NCBI GenBank assembly: GCA_034717975.1
Contig: JAYEMF010000027.1
Span: forward strand, 1 to 55,017
Direction: 5' to 3'
DNA: 55,017 bases
DNA from: Campylobacterota bacterium
GTDB taxonomy: Bacteria; Campylobacterota; Campylobacteria; Campylobacterales; Sulfurimonadaceae
In this document: in pieces, positions 10,874 through 23,422 of the stretch
Layout of the letters: every line of letters begins with the position of its first letter
How positions within the stretch are numbered: the stretch's first letter is position 1
Notes under the pieces: generated by a model
Databases searched by the model: none
What the model saw: only the letters and a program-made list of their open reading frames with translations
What the model was told of the DNA's origin: nothing
Made by a program: the position numbers and the translations under genes

Positions 10874-11406
10874 TGGAAGAGCTTATTGCAAAACGTTATG
10901 TCAAAGCACTGCAACATAGTTCAAGTGAGGCTGATCTTGAGAATTTCAGTCTTCTCTTTAGCACACTTGCTGCAGAGTTTTCCAATCCTAAGTTTGATCA
11001 GATCATTAACTCATCAGATGTCAGTGCCGCCCAAAAAGAGACACTGCTACTGGAGAGTGTAAAAAGTGCACAAAGCGATACCATCAACAATTTTGTAAAA
11101 CTGTTGGTCGAAAATGGACGTATCAACATTATTCCGGCAGTGGCAAAGGTCCTTGACAAAGAGATCGCTAAAGCAAAGAAGAGTTACAGCGGTGTTGTTT
11201 ACAGCAACAGCGATATTGACGCTGGAACGATCACAGGTCTAAGTGCTGGTCTGGGTAAAAAAGTAGATGCTTCAATCACACTCGAATTTGTTAAGTCGGA
11301 TTTTGATGGGATTAAGGTAGAAGTGGAAGACCTTGGTATCGAGGTTAATTTCTCAAAAAGCCGGATAAATATGCAACTTATCGAGCATATTTTGAAAGCA
11401 ATCTAA
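10873..11406 (+). CDS. atpH: ATP synthase subunit delta
   Basis: IAKRYVKAL; LLVENGR; operon position. Confidence 0.93.
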   Translation: MEELIAKRYVKALQHSSSEADLENFSLLFSTLAAEFSNPKFDQIINSSDVSAAQKETLLLESVKSAQSDTINNFVKLLVENGRINIIPAVAKVLDKEIAKAKKSYSGVVYSNSDIDAGTITGLSAGLGKKVDASITLEFVKSDFDGIKVEVEDLGIEVNFSKSRINMQLIEHILKAI

Positions 11407-11421
11407 GAAGGGGGATATATA

Positions 11422-12939
11422 GTGGTAGCTAAAGTACAAGCTGATGAGATCAGCTCGATTATTAAAGAACGAATTGAAAACTTTGAACTGAACGTTGACA
11501 TCAATGAGACAGGTAAAATTGTTTCTTATGCAGATGGTGTTGCTCAGGTTTATGGCCTTAACAATGTTATGGCCGGTGAGATGGTAGAGTTTGAAGATGG
11601 AACTGAGGGGCTGGTCTTGAACCTTGAAGAGAGCAGCGTTGGTGTTGTTGTTCTTGGTGGCGGTAAAGAGCTTCGTGAAGGTATGTCAGTCAAGCGTCTT
11701 AACAGACTTCTTAAAGTCCCTGTGGGCGACGCACTTCTTGGGCGTGTTGTAAATGCTCTTGGTGAGCCGGTTGATGGTAAAGGTCCGATCGAAGCGAGTG
11801 AAACACGTTTCGTAGAGGAGAAAGCGCCTGGTATCATGCAACGTAAATCGGTTCATGAGCCAATGGCAACCGGTATTAAAGCGATCGATGCACTTGTACC
11901 GATCGGCCGTGGTCAGCGTGAGCTTATCATTGGTGACCGCCAGACTGGTAAAACGACTGTCGCAATTGACACGATCATTAACCAAAAAGGTAACGGTGTT
12001 GCATGTATCTATGTTGCAGTCGGTCAAAAAGAGTCTACGGTTGCTCAGGTTGTCCGTCGTCTTGAAGAGCACGGTGCACTAGAGTACACTATCATCGTAA
12101 CTGCATCAGCTGCAGAGGCTGCCGCACTTCAATTCCTTGCACCATACACCGGTGTAACGATGGGTGAATATTTCCGTGACAATGCGCGTCATGGTCTGAT
12201 CGTTTATGATGATCTGACTAAACATGCGGTTGCTTACCGCGAGATGTCACTGATCCTTCGCCGTCCTCCGGGCCGTGAAGCGTATCCAGGTGATGTTTTC
12301 TACCTACACTCCCGTCTTCTTGAGCGTGCAGCGAAAGTAAATGATGATGAAGGTGCCGGTTCACTGACTGCACTTCCGATCATTGAAACACAAGCAGGTG
12401 ACGTTGCGGCCTATATCCCGACAAACGTTATCTCGATCACTGATGGTCAGATCTTCCTTGAGACTGACCTTTTCAACTCAGGTATCCGTCCGGCGATCAA
12501 CGTTGGTCTTTCGGTCTCTCGTGTTGGTGGTGCAGCACAGATCAAAGCAACGAAGCAAGTTGCCGGTACACTGCGTCTTGACCTGGCTCAGTACCGTGAA
12601 CTTCAGGCATTCGCCCAGTTCGCATCTGACCTTGATGAGATCAGCCGTAACCAGCTTGAACGTGGTCAGCGTATGGTAGAGGTGCTTAAGCAGCCTCCGT
12701 TCTCTCCACTTCCGGCTGAAAAGCAGGCACTGATCATTTTTGCTGGTAATGAAGGTTTCCTTGACGATTTCGCAGCATCAAACGTTGTTAAATTCGAGGC
12801 AGAGCTTTATCCGTTTATTGAGGCTTCATACCCTCAGATTTTCGAAAACATCAGAAGTGCATCTAAGATCGATGATGAGACTAATGAGTTGATGAAAAAA
12901 GCGCTCGAAGAGTTTAAAGCTACTTTCGTCGCTGAGTAA
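11422..12939 (+). CDS. atpA: ATP synthase subunit alpha
   Basis: [31 protein letters not shown]. Confidence 0.99.
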   Translation: MVAKVQADEISSIIKERIENFELNVDINETGKIVSYADGVAQVYGLNNVMAGEMVEFEDGTEGLVLNLEESSVGVVVLGGGKELREGMSVKRLNRLLKVPVGDALLGRVVNALGEPVDGKGPIEASETRFVEEKAPGIMQRKSVHEPMATGIKAIDALVPIGRGQRELIIGDRQTGKTTVAIDTIINQKGNGVACIYVAVGQKESTVAQVVRRLEEHGALEYTIIVTASAAEAAALQFLAPYTGVTMGEYFRDNARHGLIVYDDLTKHAVAYREMSLILRRPPGREAYPGDVFYLHSRLLERAAKVNDDEGAGSLTALPIIETQAGDVAAYIPTNVISITDGQIFLETDLFNSGIRPAINVGLSVSRVGGAAQIKATKQVAGTLRLDLAQYRELQAFAQFASDLDEISRNQLERGQRMVEVLKQPPFSPLPAEKQALIIFAGNEGFLDDFAASNVVKFEAELYPFIEASYPQIFENIRSASKIDDETNELMKKALEEFKATFVAE

Positions 12940-12947
12940 GGACCATT

Positions 12948-15250
<2,303 letters not shown>

Positions 15251-15279
15251 TTCGTTTTCGTTCCCTTAAAGGATAATTC

Positions 15280-15672
15280 ATGGAAACACTGAACCTAGAA
15301 ATTTTAACTCCGAATGGTTTGATCTTTGATGGACAGGCTGCCAGTGTCACTCTTCCGGGTGAAGAGGGCGAATTTGGTGTCCTTCCTCACCACGCTTCAC
15401 TGACGACTCTGCTAAGTGCCGGTGTCATTGATATTGAAAAAGAGGACAAAAGCAGCGAGTCCATTGTAGTTAACTGGGGTGTCGTGCAGGTAGACGAGAA
15501 AAAAGTCGTTGTCCTTGTTGATGGTGCTGTTGCTATTCGCGGAGAGAGCGAAGGTGACGTTGCCAAGGCATTGGATGATGCTAAAACATTGCTTCATGAC
15601 GTCTCTGATTCCAATGTGGCCATTGCCGCTGTTTCAGCAAGAATTGAGTCAGCTGCACACAAACTAGTCTAA
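15280..15672 (+). CDS. atpC: ATP synthase subunit epsilon
   Basis: ILTP; LPGEEGEFGVLPHHA. Confidence 0.96.
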   Translation: METLNLEILTPNGLIFDGQAASVTLPGEEGEFGVLPHHASLTTLLSAGVIDIEKEDKSSESIVVNWGVVQVDEKKVVVLVDGAVAIRGESEGDVAKALDDAKTLLHDVSDSNVAIAAVSARIESAAHKLV

Positions 15673-15674
15673 TA

Positions 15675-16241
15675 ATGATCGACGCATTATTTGATTTTTA
15701 CAGTAAGAGCAACAGTGTCACACTCTTTGTTCTAGCACTGCTTGCTGTCTATTTTATCGCCCTTAACTGGGTCTTTTTTTACCGCTATTTTTCTCTAAAG
15801 CAGTGGGTCTCCAAAGAGTCTTCTTCTCTGGAAGCGCTCTTAATGGGATCTGCTTCCGTTGCAGAGTACTCTTATCTCAACCATTTTATCAAAACCAGTA
15901 CTGCACTCTCCCGTGAGATTCTGGACCTAGGTATGTATGCTGCTACAAAAGAGTCGACAAAAGGGCTCTCCTTATTGTCTGTTGTCGCTTCTACAACACC
16001 GTTTATCGGACTTTTTGGAACAGTCGTGTCAATCCTAGATACCTTTGATCATATTGGCCAGTCCAGTGGTACAATGACAATTATTGCCGCAGGTGTTTCT
16101 GATGCCTTGATCGCTACGGCAGCCGGTATTTTTGTGGCTATTTTTGCCTATACCTACCACCAGATATTAAAGCGTCAGTCGTATGAGTTAAATAGCTTGA
16201 TACGCATGCAAAGTGATGCACTCCTCGCTCGCAAGGATTGA
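15675..16241 (+). CDS. tolQ: TolQ/ExbB family proton channel
   Basis: PFIGLFGTV; ALIATAAG; upstream of tolB-pal. Confidence 0.88.
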   Translation: MIDALFDFYSKSNSVTLFVLALLAVYFIALNWVFFYRYFSLKQWVSKESSSLEALLMGSASVAEYSYLNHFIKTSTALSREILDLGMYAATKESTKGLSLLSVVASTTPFIGLFGTVVSILDTFDHIGQSSGTMTIIAAGVSDALIATAAGIFVAIFAYTYHQILKRQSYELNSLIRMQSDALLARKD

Positions 16242-16636
16242 GTTTGACTTATGATTGGGATGAAAAGCCGGAACTGAACATCACCCCTCTTGTGGATGTT
16301 ATGCTTGTGCTTTTGGCCATCTTGATGGTCATCGCCCCCAATATCGTCTATGAGGAGCTGATCAAACTTCCCCAAGGTTCTGCACAAAAAGAGCTCTCCC
16401 AAAAACCGCCTGTTCATATTACCATCAATAGAGATGGTGAAATTGTCATTAATAAAGAGAAGTTCGACTATCTTGGCTTTACAGACAACTTCTATCGCTA
16501 TGCACAGAAACTGGATAAAAAAGCTTCTGTTATGATCAGTGCCGACAAGTCTCTGGATTACGGTACGGTGATGAGTGTGTTGGGTGCTGTCAAGCAGGCA
16601 GGTTTCTCTGAGGTTTCACTCGCGACCGATGGTTAG
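16238..16636 (+). CDS. tolR: TolR/ExbD family protein
   Basis: ELNITPLVDVMLVLL; ADKSLDYG. Confidence 0.9.
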   Translation: MSLTYDWDEKPELNITPLVDVMLVLLAILMVIAPNIVYEELIKLPQGSAQKELSQKPPVHITINRDGEIVINKEKFDYLGFTDNFYRYAQKLDKKASVMISADKSLDYGTVMSVLGAVKQAGFSEVSLATDG

Positions 16637-17387
16637 TCCAAACGACAGATATTTCTATCTAAGCGGTGCCCTGTCGTTTGGACTCTTTTTTCTCTTTACC
16701 GCGCTTTTTGGATTGATTCTTCTTAAGAGTGATCAGGTTAAAAGTTATGCTTTGAAAAAAGATGACTATATTGCTGTTTCTATCAATTTACCTCTTACCA
16801 AGCCATCAAGACATGATACAAAAAAACCTGCGCCAAAGCCGATTGTCAAGCCTGAACCTGTACAGCCGCCTAAAGCGGAAGTCCCTCAGACCGCACCGGA
16901 TGTATCTTCGCTCTTTTCTGATATCTGGACGCAAAAGGTCTCAACGAAACCGAAAAAAGATGTGGCAAAGGTTGACAGTAAACGCTTGAGTGCCATCGAA
17001 AAGAGGATCAAGACGACTAAAAGCGAAAAGTCACTGGAAGCATCAGAGAAGATTAAAAAACTTGACTTAAAAAGGCCATCAGTCGAGCTGGTTGGCAGCT
17101 CCAGCTCATCTGCCTCGGAAGTAAATGAATATTTGGCTAGAATACAGGCTTTCGTTTACGAACATTTCTACCCTCCGATGAACAGTGAGGGGAACAGTGC
17201 AAAGATTCGTCTCCGGCTTGACAGCTTTGGGAAGATGAAAGATTATCGTATCTTGGCACCGTCGGGCAGCCCGGCATTTAACAATGAAGTGGACCTTTTG
17301 AAAAAGCGTTTAAAAAGTGTAACGTTCCCGCGACATCCCAAGCGTGAATCGATCACCATAGATATTATTTTGACAGTAGAGGAGTAG
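16629..17387 (+). CDS. tolA: TolA/TonB C-terminal domain protein (ATG 16629; ORF open from 16575)
   Basis: N-terminal TM, Pro/Lys-rich linker, SGSPAFN C-terminal domain; between tolR and tolB. Confidence 0.8.
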   Translation: MVSPNDRYFYLSGALSFGLFFLFTALFGLILLKSDQVKSYALKKDDYIAVSINLPLTKPSRHDTKKPAPKPIVKPEPVQPPKAEVPQTAPDVSSLFSDIWTQKVSTKPKKDVAKVDSKRLSAIEKRIKTTKSEKSLEASEKIKKLDLKRPSVELVGSSSSSASEVNEYLARIQAFVYEHFYPPMNSEGNSAKIRLRLDSFGKMKDYRILAPSGSPAFNNEVDLLKKRLKSVTFPRHPKRESITIDIILTVEE

Positions 17388-17389
17388 GT

Positions 17390-18640
17390 ATGCGTTTTAT
17401 AGTCGGCGTACTGATTTCAATCACGTTTCTTTTTGGTGCAGATGCCACCATTGAAGTAAGTAAAAAGGCAGATTCACTCTCATCGATTGCAGTTGAAGAT
17501 GCTTCTGTTAATTACAGGGATGGTGTGAGTAAACGCTTTTTCCAGGCAATGGTGAGTGATCTCAATGTATTGTCACTCTTTAATGTAGACCGTAAGTACT
17601 CTACGACCCATTTTAATGATGAAGGTGTCAATGAGATCAATGCCAATGCGGATTATGTGTTGCGTTACAAGCTTGAAGAAGATGACAATGGAGCATTTCT
17701 TGCCGAGATAAAGCTGATTCGTTCAGGCAGTGTAGAGTTGTCGAAACGCTATCGCATCAGTAAGAGTGAAAAATATATCTTTATTGTCCACGCCATTGCT
17801 TATGATATCAATGATGCTATGGGTGGGGCACCGGTTGATTGGATGAAACGCAAGGTGGTTCTTTCCCGTCTTGTCGCGCCAGGGAAGAGTGAGATTCTTC
17901 TTACTGATTACACATTGACTTACCAGCATGTGATAATCCGGGGTGGTTTGAAAGTCTTTCCAAAATGGGCAGATGATGCACAAAGCAGTTTTTACTTTAC
18001 CGACCTTGACGGACGTAAACCGACACTTTATAAGATGGATACCCGTACCGGAAAGCGTGAAAGAATCATCAGTTCAGATGGGATGATGATCTGTTCGGAT
18101 GTACGTGATGATGGTCAGAAATTACTCCTGACGATGGCTCCGCAAGGGCAGCCTGATATCTATCTTATGGATGCCAATACTCGAAAGTATTCGCGTGTCA
18201 CCAAATATAAAGGTATCGATGTCAACGGAGAGTTTATGGAAGAAAACCGGATTGCATTTATCTCGAATCGTCTGGGATATCCAAATGTTTTCTCCAAACG
18301 TATCGGTTCATCCAGTGTTGAGCAGATGGTCTATTATGGTAAAAGCAACTCGTCATGTACTACGCATAAAGACTATATCGTCTATAAAGCGCGTGAGAGC
18401 AGCCATGCTTTTTCACGCAATACCTTTAACCTGCACCTGATCTCTACAAAAACGGATTTTATCCGCCGGCTTACAGCAACCGGTGTTAATGAATTCCCAA
18501 GATTTTCACGTGATGGTGACGCAATCTTGTTTATTAAAAACTACAAACAGCAGAGCGCTATCGGCGTCATTCGTCTGGAACATAACAAAAACTACCTCTT
18601 TCCTCTAAGTATAGGGAAAATTCAGTCCCTGGACTGGTAG
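17390..18640 (+). CDS. tolB: Tol-Pal beta-propeller protein TolB
   Basis: Signal peptide, propeller repeats, C-terminal SLDW. Confidence 0.92.
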   Translation: MRFIVGVLISITFLFGADATIEVSKKADSLSSIAVEDASVNYRDGVSKRFFQAMVSDLNVLSLFNVDRKYSTTHFNDEGVNEINANADYVLRYKLEEDDNGAFLAEIKLIRSGSVELSKRYRISKSEKYIFIVHAIAYDINDAMGGAPVDWMKRKVVLSRLVAPGKSEILLTDYTLTYQHVIIRGGLKVFPKWADDAQSSFYFTDLDGRKPTLYKMDTRTGKRERIISSDGMMICSDVRDDGQKLLLTMAPQGQPDIYLMDANTRKYSRVTKYKGIDVNGEFMEENRIAFISNRLGYPNVFSKRIGSSSVEQMVYYGKSNSSCTTHKDYIVYKARESSHAFSRNTFNLHLISTKTDFIRRLTATGVNEFPRFSRDGDAILFIKNYKQQSAIGVIRLEHNKNYLFPLSIGKIQSLDW

Positions 18641-18768
18641 GTCGTTCCGACACAAAACTGCACAAAATTCAGAAAAACTTATTAAATCGATTGTCGGTTT
18701 ACCCGGTAGTTGTATTTTTGTAAGATTTTTCTGATAAAATACCTACAATTTTTACCAAAGGTTCCTAT

Positions 18769-19335
18769 ATGAAAACTCTTCTTCTCTCTAGTGCATTGAT
18801 TGCACTGCTGGCATTCAGTGGATGTAGCTCTAAAGATCCGGCTATCGATGCAACTGATGAATCCGCACAGACACAATCTCAGGCAGATACAACTGCTTCC
18901 GAGGTGACAACTGAGACAGTTGCTGATGATATCGTTGTTGTTGATGAACAAGGTGTGTCAGCTGCAGATAGTAACGAGATGACAATGAGTGGGCTTGAAA
19001 GTCAGATGCAAAGTGTCAATTTTGACTTCGATAAATTCGTTATCCGAAGCGATATGGAAGATAAGATCAAAAATAATGCGGCCATGGCTAAAGGTGATGC
19101 GCAGAGTTATATGATCAAAATCGAAGGTAACTGTGATGAGTGGGGCAGTGATGAGTACAACTATGCCCTTGGTCTGAAACGTGCCAATACAACAAAAACA
19201 GCTCTGGTAAACGAAGGTGTTGAAGCCAACCGTATCACTATGGTAAGTTATGGCGAGAGTAATCCGGTCTGTTCTGACAAAACACGAGATTGCTGGGCGA
19301 AAAATCGTCGTGTAGACTTCAAACTGCTACCGTAA
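18769..19335 (+). CDS. pal: Peptidoglycan-associated lipoprotein Pal
   Basis: Lipobox FSGC; FDFDK, EGNCDEWGSDEYNYALG, NRRV. Confidence 0.95.
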   Translation: MKTLLLSSALIALLAFSGCSSKDPAIDATDESAQTQSQADTTASEVTTETVADDIVVVDEQGVSAADSNEMTMSGLESQMQSVNFDFDKFVIRSDMEDKIKNNAAMAKGDAQSYMIKIEGNCDEWGSDEYNYALGLKRANTTKTALVNEGVEANRITMVSYGESNPVCSDKTRDCWAKNRRVDFKLLP

Positions 19336-20235
19336 ATGCGCGCAGCGTTAACTCTTTTTCTCTCCTCTTTAACTCTCTGTGCCGCGGAGCCTTCGGCTTT
19401 CGGTGCAGGAGATCTTGACCATCCCGCTCCTTATGGATTGACCTCCGCTGAAAAAAACATTCTTAAAAACAAAGAGACACTCTCTGATGTCAAAAAGAAG
19501 AGTCGTGCAAATGAATCACAGGTTGATTCGCTGCTGGAACGTGTTGACGGATTACAGACGATTGTTGAAGGCCTCAATCAAAAAGCACAGGGCAACCAGA
19601 TGGAGATTAAACGTTTTCAGGATGCCAAAGATCTAGACGAGACTGAACAGCGTCTCGAAAAGCTGGATCTCGTTGTCAAAGCGAATGAAGAGAATATAAT
19701 CAAGCTGAAAACGGTTTTGGATGAGCTCTCGACACTGATAGACACCATCAATAGCAATTATGTCTCCAAAGAGGAGTACAATAAGCTTGTTGAAGATGTC
19801 AATCAGTTCAAAACCCTGGTCTCAAAAGAGCTCAAGTCGATCAGAAAATCGCCTAAAGCTGTGAAGAAAAGCAGTCTCAGCAGCGGTGCTCTGGCAACAA
19901 AAGCAGCAGCCAATTACAAGAAAAAATATTACACGAAATCGATCGAGCAGTATAAAGAGCTCATTGAACGCAAGTATAAACCTGCTTATGCACACTATAT
20001 GATCGGTGAGATGTGGTACTATCGCAAAGATTACGGTCAGGCGATTGCCTATTTTAAAGAGAGTGCCAAGCGTTATGACAAGGCATCTTACATGCCGACT
20101 TTGATGCTGCATACAGCTGTTTCTATGAAGAAAACGGGTGATAAGAAAAATGCAGATGCTTTTTTTAATGCACTGATGGTTAAATACCCTGACAGCAAGG
20201 CTGCAGCTTTGGCAGAAAAAGAACTCAACAAATAG
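19336..20235 (+). CDS. cpoB: CpoB/YbgF-like coiled-coil plus TPR protein
   Basis: Signal peptide, coiled coil, TPRs ending KYPDS; directly after pal. Confidence 0.8.
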   Translation: MRAALTLFLSSLTLCAAEPSAFGAGDLDHPAPYGLTSAEKNILKNKETLSDVKKKSRANESQVDSLLERVDGLQTIVEGLNQKAQGNQMEIKRFQDAKDLDETEQRLEKLDLVVKANEENIIKLKTVLDELSTLIDTINSNYVSKEEYNKLVEDVNQFKTLVSKELKSIRKSPKAVKKSSLSSGALATKAAANYKKKYYTKSIEQYKELIERKYKPAYAHYMIGEMWYYRKDYGQAIAYFKESAKRYDKASYMPTLMLHTAVSMKKTGDKKNADAFFNALMVKYPDSKAAALAEKELNK

Positions 20236-20342
20236 GGAACTTCTTTAGAGAGGTGATCTTAAGTCAATGAGTATTGCTTATTATTCAGGCAATTGATAGT
20301 TTAAAATGATAAAATCCCAAAAAATAAAAGAAGGTTGATTAT

Positions 20343-20864
20343 ATGGCAATTGAAGCAAATCAAATTGTATCTTTAGAGTATGAAGTCCGTGACGGTGACA
20401 CAGTAGTAGACAGTAATGTTGGTGGTACGCCACTTGTATTTATGTTTGGCAAAGGCCAGATCATTCCAGGTCTTGAGTCTGGTATTGCGAACATGGCTAT
20501 CGGTGAGAAGGGTGATGTTCTTGTCAAGTCTGCAGATGCTTATGGTGAGTACAACGAAGAGGCTCAGCAGGAAGTTCCTAAAGATCAGTTTGCCGGTATC
20601 GAGCTTAATGTCGGTATGACACTTTATGGTCAAGGTGAAGATGGCGGTACGGTTCAGGTTATCGTTAAAGATATCGGTGAAGAGAGTGTTGTGGTTGATT
20701 TCAACCACCCGCTTGCCGGTAAAGATCTTATGTTTACGGTAACTGTAAACGGTGTGCGTGATGCTTCAGCTGAAGAAGCTATGACAGGAGTCCCGGCTGA
20801 AAATCAAGCTGACGACAGCGAGTGCTGTGGTACTGGCGGCGGCAGCGGCTGTGGGTGTAACTAA
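20343..20864 (+). CDS. slyD: FKBP-type peptidyl-prolyl isomerase SlyD
   Basis: QIIPGLE, AYGE, VDFNHPLAGKDL; Cys-rich tail. Confidence 0.94.
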   Translation: MAIEANQIVSLEYEVRDGDTVVDSNVGGTPLVFMFGKGQIIPGLESGIANMAIGEKGDVLVKSADAYGEYNEEAQQEVPKDQFAGIELNVGMTLYGQGEDGGTVQVIVKDIGEESVVVDFNHPLAGKDLMFTVTVNGVRDASAEEAMTGVPAENQADDSECCGTGGGSGCGCN

Positions 20865-21612
20865 TTTTATAACCGCATCCGATGCTTCAGCCGAAGCATT
20901 CAAAACAGCAAATCTTTTAAAACTTCTCTCCGTAAATGCACTCATTTACGGAGAACGGGGAACGGGTAAACTTACCCTTGCCCGCTACATTCTCCCTACT
21001 GCGTCCGTTATTGATGCTTCCAATTTTGATGAACTTTTAGACGCATTGCAAAGCAGCAGTGAAGTGATCATTACCCATATCGAACAGATCCCTAATATGC
21101 AGACGCTTCAACAGCAGATTGCGCAGCACAATGTGCGTGTGATTGCTACAGCCAGTGATACCTATGCCAATGAACTGATTGAAGAGATATTTACGATACG
21201 TGTCTATCTTCCGTCGCTTGGTGAACGTCTGGAAGATGTGCCTGAACTGCAAGCGGAGTATCTGAACGATGCCATAGCGATCTTTGGAGAGAGCAGTAGA
21301 GTGGAGTTAAGCAAGATTGATCCTGATTTGAGTGAAAATGCGATTTCGATTCGTCGACAGATCTTTTTTAACTACCTTTTGAGTAACATTACAGAAGAAG
21401 AACTGATGCGCGTTACAGAAGATTATCTTTATGATCGCCTTGGCTCCAACAATGACTACAGAGAGTATCTTCACCTTTATGAAGTACCTCTGATCAAAGC
21501 GGGCCTCAAGCGTTTCAAATCACAGCTTCAGCTTTCAGAGAAACTGGGGCTTAACCGAAATACACTACGCAAGAAAATTGTCGAAAATAAGGAGTACAAT
21601 TTAGATGAGTAA
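20827..21612 (+). CDS. Degenerate sigma54-activator-like AAA domain plus Fis-type HTH regulator (start uncertain)
   Basis: LIYGERGTGK; LPSLGERLEDV; LGLNRNTLRKK. Confidence 0.8.
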   Translation: MVLAAAAAVGVTNFITASDASAEAFKTANLLKLLSVNALIYGERGTGKLTLARYILPTASVIDASNFDELLDALQSSSEVIITHIEQIPNMQTLQQQIAQHNVRVIATASDTYANELIEEIFTIRVYLPSLGERLEDVPELQAEYLNDAIAIFGESSRVELSKIDPDLSENAISIRRQIFFNYLLSNITEEELMRVTEDYLYDRLGSNNDYREYLHLYEVPLIKAGLKRFKSQLQLSEKLGLNRNTLRKKIVENKEYNLDE

Positions 21613-22546
21613 TAAACGTATAGCGATGATCTTCCCGGGACAGGGAAGTCAGACAATTGGTATGGGAAAATCTTTTTACGAAGAGAGCGAGTTGGCGCGT
21701 GAGATGTTTGACAAAGCCGGAGAACGCATAGGTGTTGATTTTAAGGCGCTGCTTTTTGAAGAGAATGAGCAGATCAATCAGACAGCCTACACACAGCCGG
21801 CTATTTTACTAGTCTCTATCATTGCCTATAAACTGTTTCAGCAGGCTCATGACGTCAAGCCGACGCTTCTTCTTGGACACTCACTGGGTGAGATCAGTGC
21901 AGTCTGTGCAGCGGGTGCCATTGACTATCTCGATGCTGTTGAACTGGTCCATAAGCGTGGAGCGTTGATGCAGTCAGCCTGTGAAGGGATCGATGCCGGG
22001 ATGATGGCACTGGTAGGTCTGGATGATGCAACGGTAGAACAGATCTGTACGGATGCCCGTGAGAAAGAGAAGAAGAGTCTCTGGCCGGCCAATTACAATC
22101 AGGATGGCCAGCTGGTGATCGCCGGACTTAAAGCTGACCTTCAGAGCATGGAAGAGACCTTTAAGGAAGCGGGTGCCAAACGTGCTATTTTGCTAAATAT
22201 GTCAGTAGCCAGCCACTGTCCACTGTTAGCCCCTGCACAAGCACCACTTCGCAGCGAACTTGAGAAGATGCTGCATGACTCGTTTGCCGCTGATGTTATC
22301 TCCAACGTAACAGAGAACCCGTACAATACCAAAGCGCAGGCGCTTGAACTCATAACAGAGCAGCTGATCCGCCCGGTTCGTTACAAACAGTCGATCCTTG
22401 CCATTGCCGATGATGTCGATATGGCCATTGAGTTTGGAAACGGCATTGTCCTGAAAGGTCTGAACCGCCGTATCAATAAAAATATGCCCACAATGAATGT
22501 CTCTGATATGGAAACACTGGACAAGGTAGTTGAAGAGCTTTCATGA
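21605..22546 (+). CDS. fabD: Malonyl CoA-ACP transacylase
   Basis: FPGQGSQ, TQPA, GHSLGE, SVASH. Confidence 0.96.
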   Translation: MSNKRIAMIFPGQGSQTIGMGKSFYEESELAREMFDKAGERIGVDFKALLFEENEQINQTAYTQPAILLVSIIAYKLFQQAHDVKPTLLLGHSLGEISAVCAAGAIDYLDAVELVHKRGALMQSACEGIDAGMMALVGLDDATVEQICTDAREKEKKSLWPANYNQDGQLVIAGLKADLQSMEETFKEAGAKRAILLNMSVASHCPLLAPAQAPLRSELEKMLHDSFAADVISNVTENPYNTKAQALELITEQLIRPVRYKQSILAIADDVDMAIEFGNGIVLKGLNRRINKNMPTMNVSDMETLDKVVEELS

Positions 22547-23304
22547 GAGTTACACTGATTCAGAATGCACCCAAGCTCAATCGCTCGAACCTCTCTGATG
22601 CACTGGATCAGATCCAACAATTTGCCGGCAGTACAGATGTGATTGTTTTCCCCGAACTGGCACTGAATGGCTACCTGCTTCAGGACAAAGTCTATGAGGA
22701 TGCCTGGAAAATGGAAGAGCTGGGTGACCTCATTGCTGCTTCACACAGTGTAGACATTGTTATAGGTGCCGCAATGAAAATTGATGGGCGCACCTACAAC
22801 AGCGGGCTTTATCTGAGCAGAGGTGAAATCTCCCATCTGCACCACAAAGTGCATCTGCCGAATTATGGAATGTTTGAAGAGGCGCGCTACTTCTTCAAAG
22901 GTGATCAGATCGAGACCTTTCAGACACGTGCGGGCAAAACAGCTATGTTGGTGTGTGAAGATCTATGGCGTGCGCAGACTGTAGCTGACCTGGTGGCTGA
23001 GAAGCCGGATATGCTCTATGTGATCGCCAATTCGCCGGCGCGTGACTTTAGTGATAAGGGGTTGCTGATCGAAGCGCAGTGGGATGCCTTGTTGAAGTCT
23101 GCTGCTATTCTTTGCAGCAGCTATGTTGTCTTCATCAATCGTGTAGGATTTGAAGATGGCCTTGGCTTCTGGGGCGGCAGCCGTGTGATCACGCCAAAAG
23201 GTGAGGTTGAACACGCTTCAGAGAAGTTTGCCAACAGTGTTGAAACTGTCAAACTTTCCCACTCCCTCCATGGCCTCCAGAAGTGGATGGCTAAGATAGA
23301 TTAA
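22543..23304 (+). CDS. Carbon-nitrogen hydrolase resembling the NadE glutaminase domain
   Basis: E-K-C triad: FPEL, HKVHLPNYGMFEEARYF, VCEDLW. Confidence 0.85.
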   Translation: MRVTLIQNAPKLNRSNLSDALDQIQQFAGSTDVIVFPELALNGYLLQDKVYEDAWKMEELGDLIAASHSVDIVIGAAMKIDGRTYNSGLYLSRGEISHLHHKVHLPNYGMFEEARYFFKGDQIETFQTRAGKTAMLVCEDLWRAQTVADLVAEKPDMLYVIANSPARDFSDKGLLIEAQWDALLKSAAILCSSYVVFINRVGFEDGLGFWGGSRVITPKGEVEHASEKFANSVETVKLSHSLHGLQKWMAKID

Positions 23305-23316
23305 TCATTAGTTTTT

Positions 23317-23400
23317 TTTGTTCCCACGCTTTTGCGTGGGAACAAAGATTTGTCAGAAAATATAGGTACGTATGCATTCCTACGGAGACCGTAGGAACGA
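23317..23400. repeat. REP-like inverted doublet (GTTCCYACG type)
   Basis: Perfect hairpins TTTGTTCCCACGC-TTTT-GCGTGGGAACAAA and TTCCTACGG-AGA-CCGTAGGAA. Confidence 0.75.
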
Positions 23401-23422
23401 AAAAAACAGATTAAGGATATTT

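Noticed and set aside
23372..23422. N-terminal extension of MtnN in the ORF track
   Set aside because: Lies in the REP hairpin; SD and homology support ATG 23423
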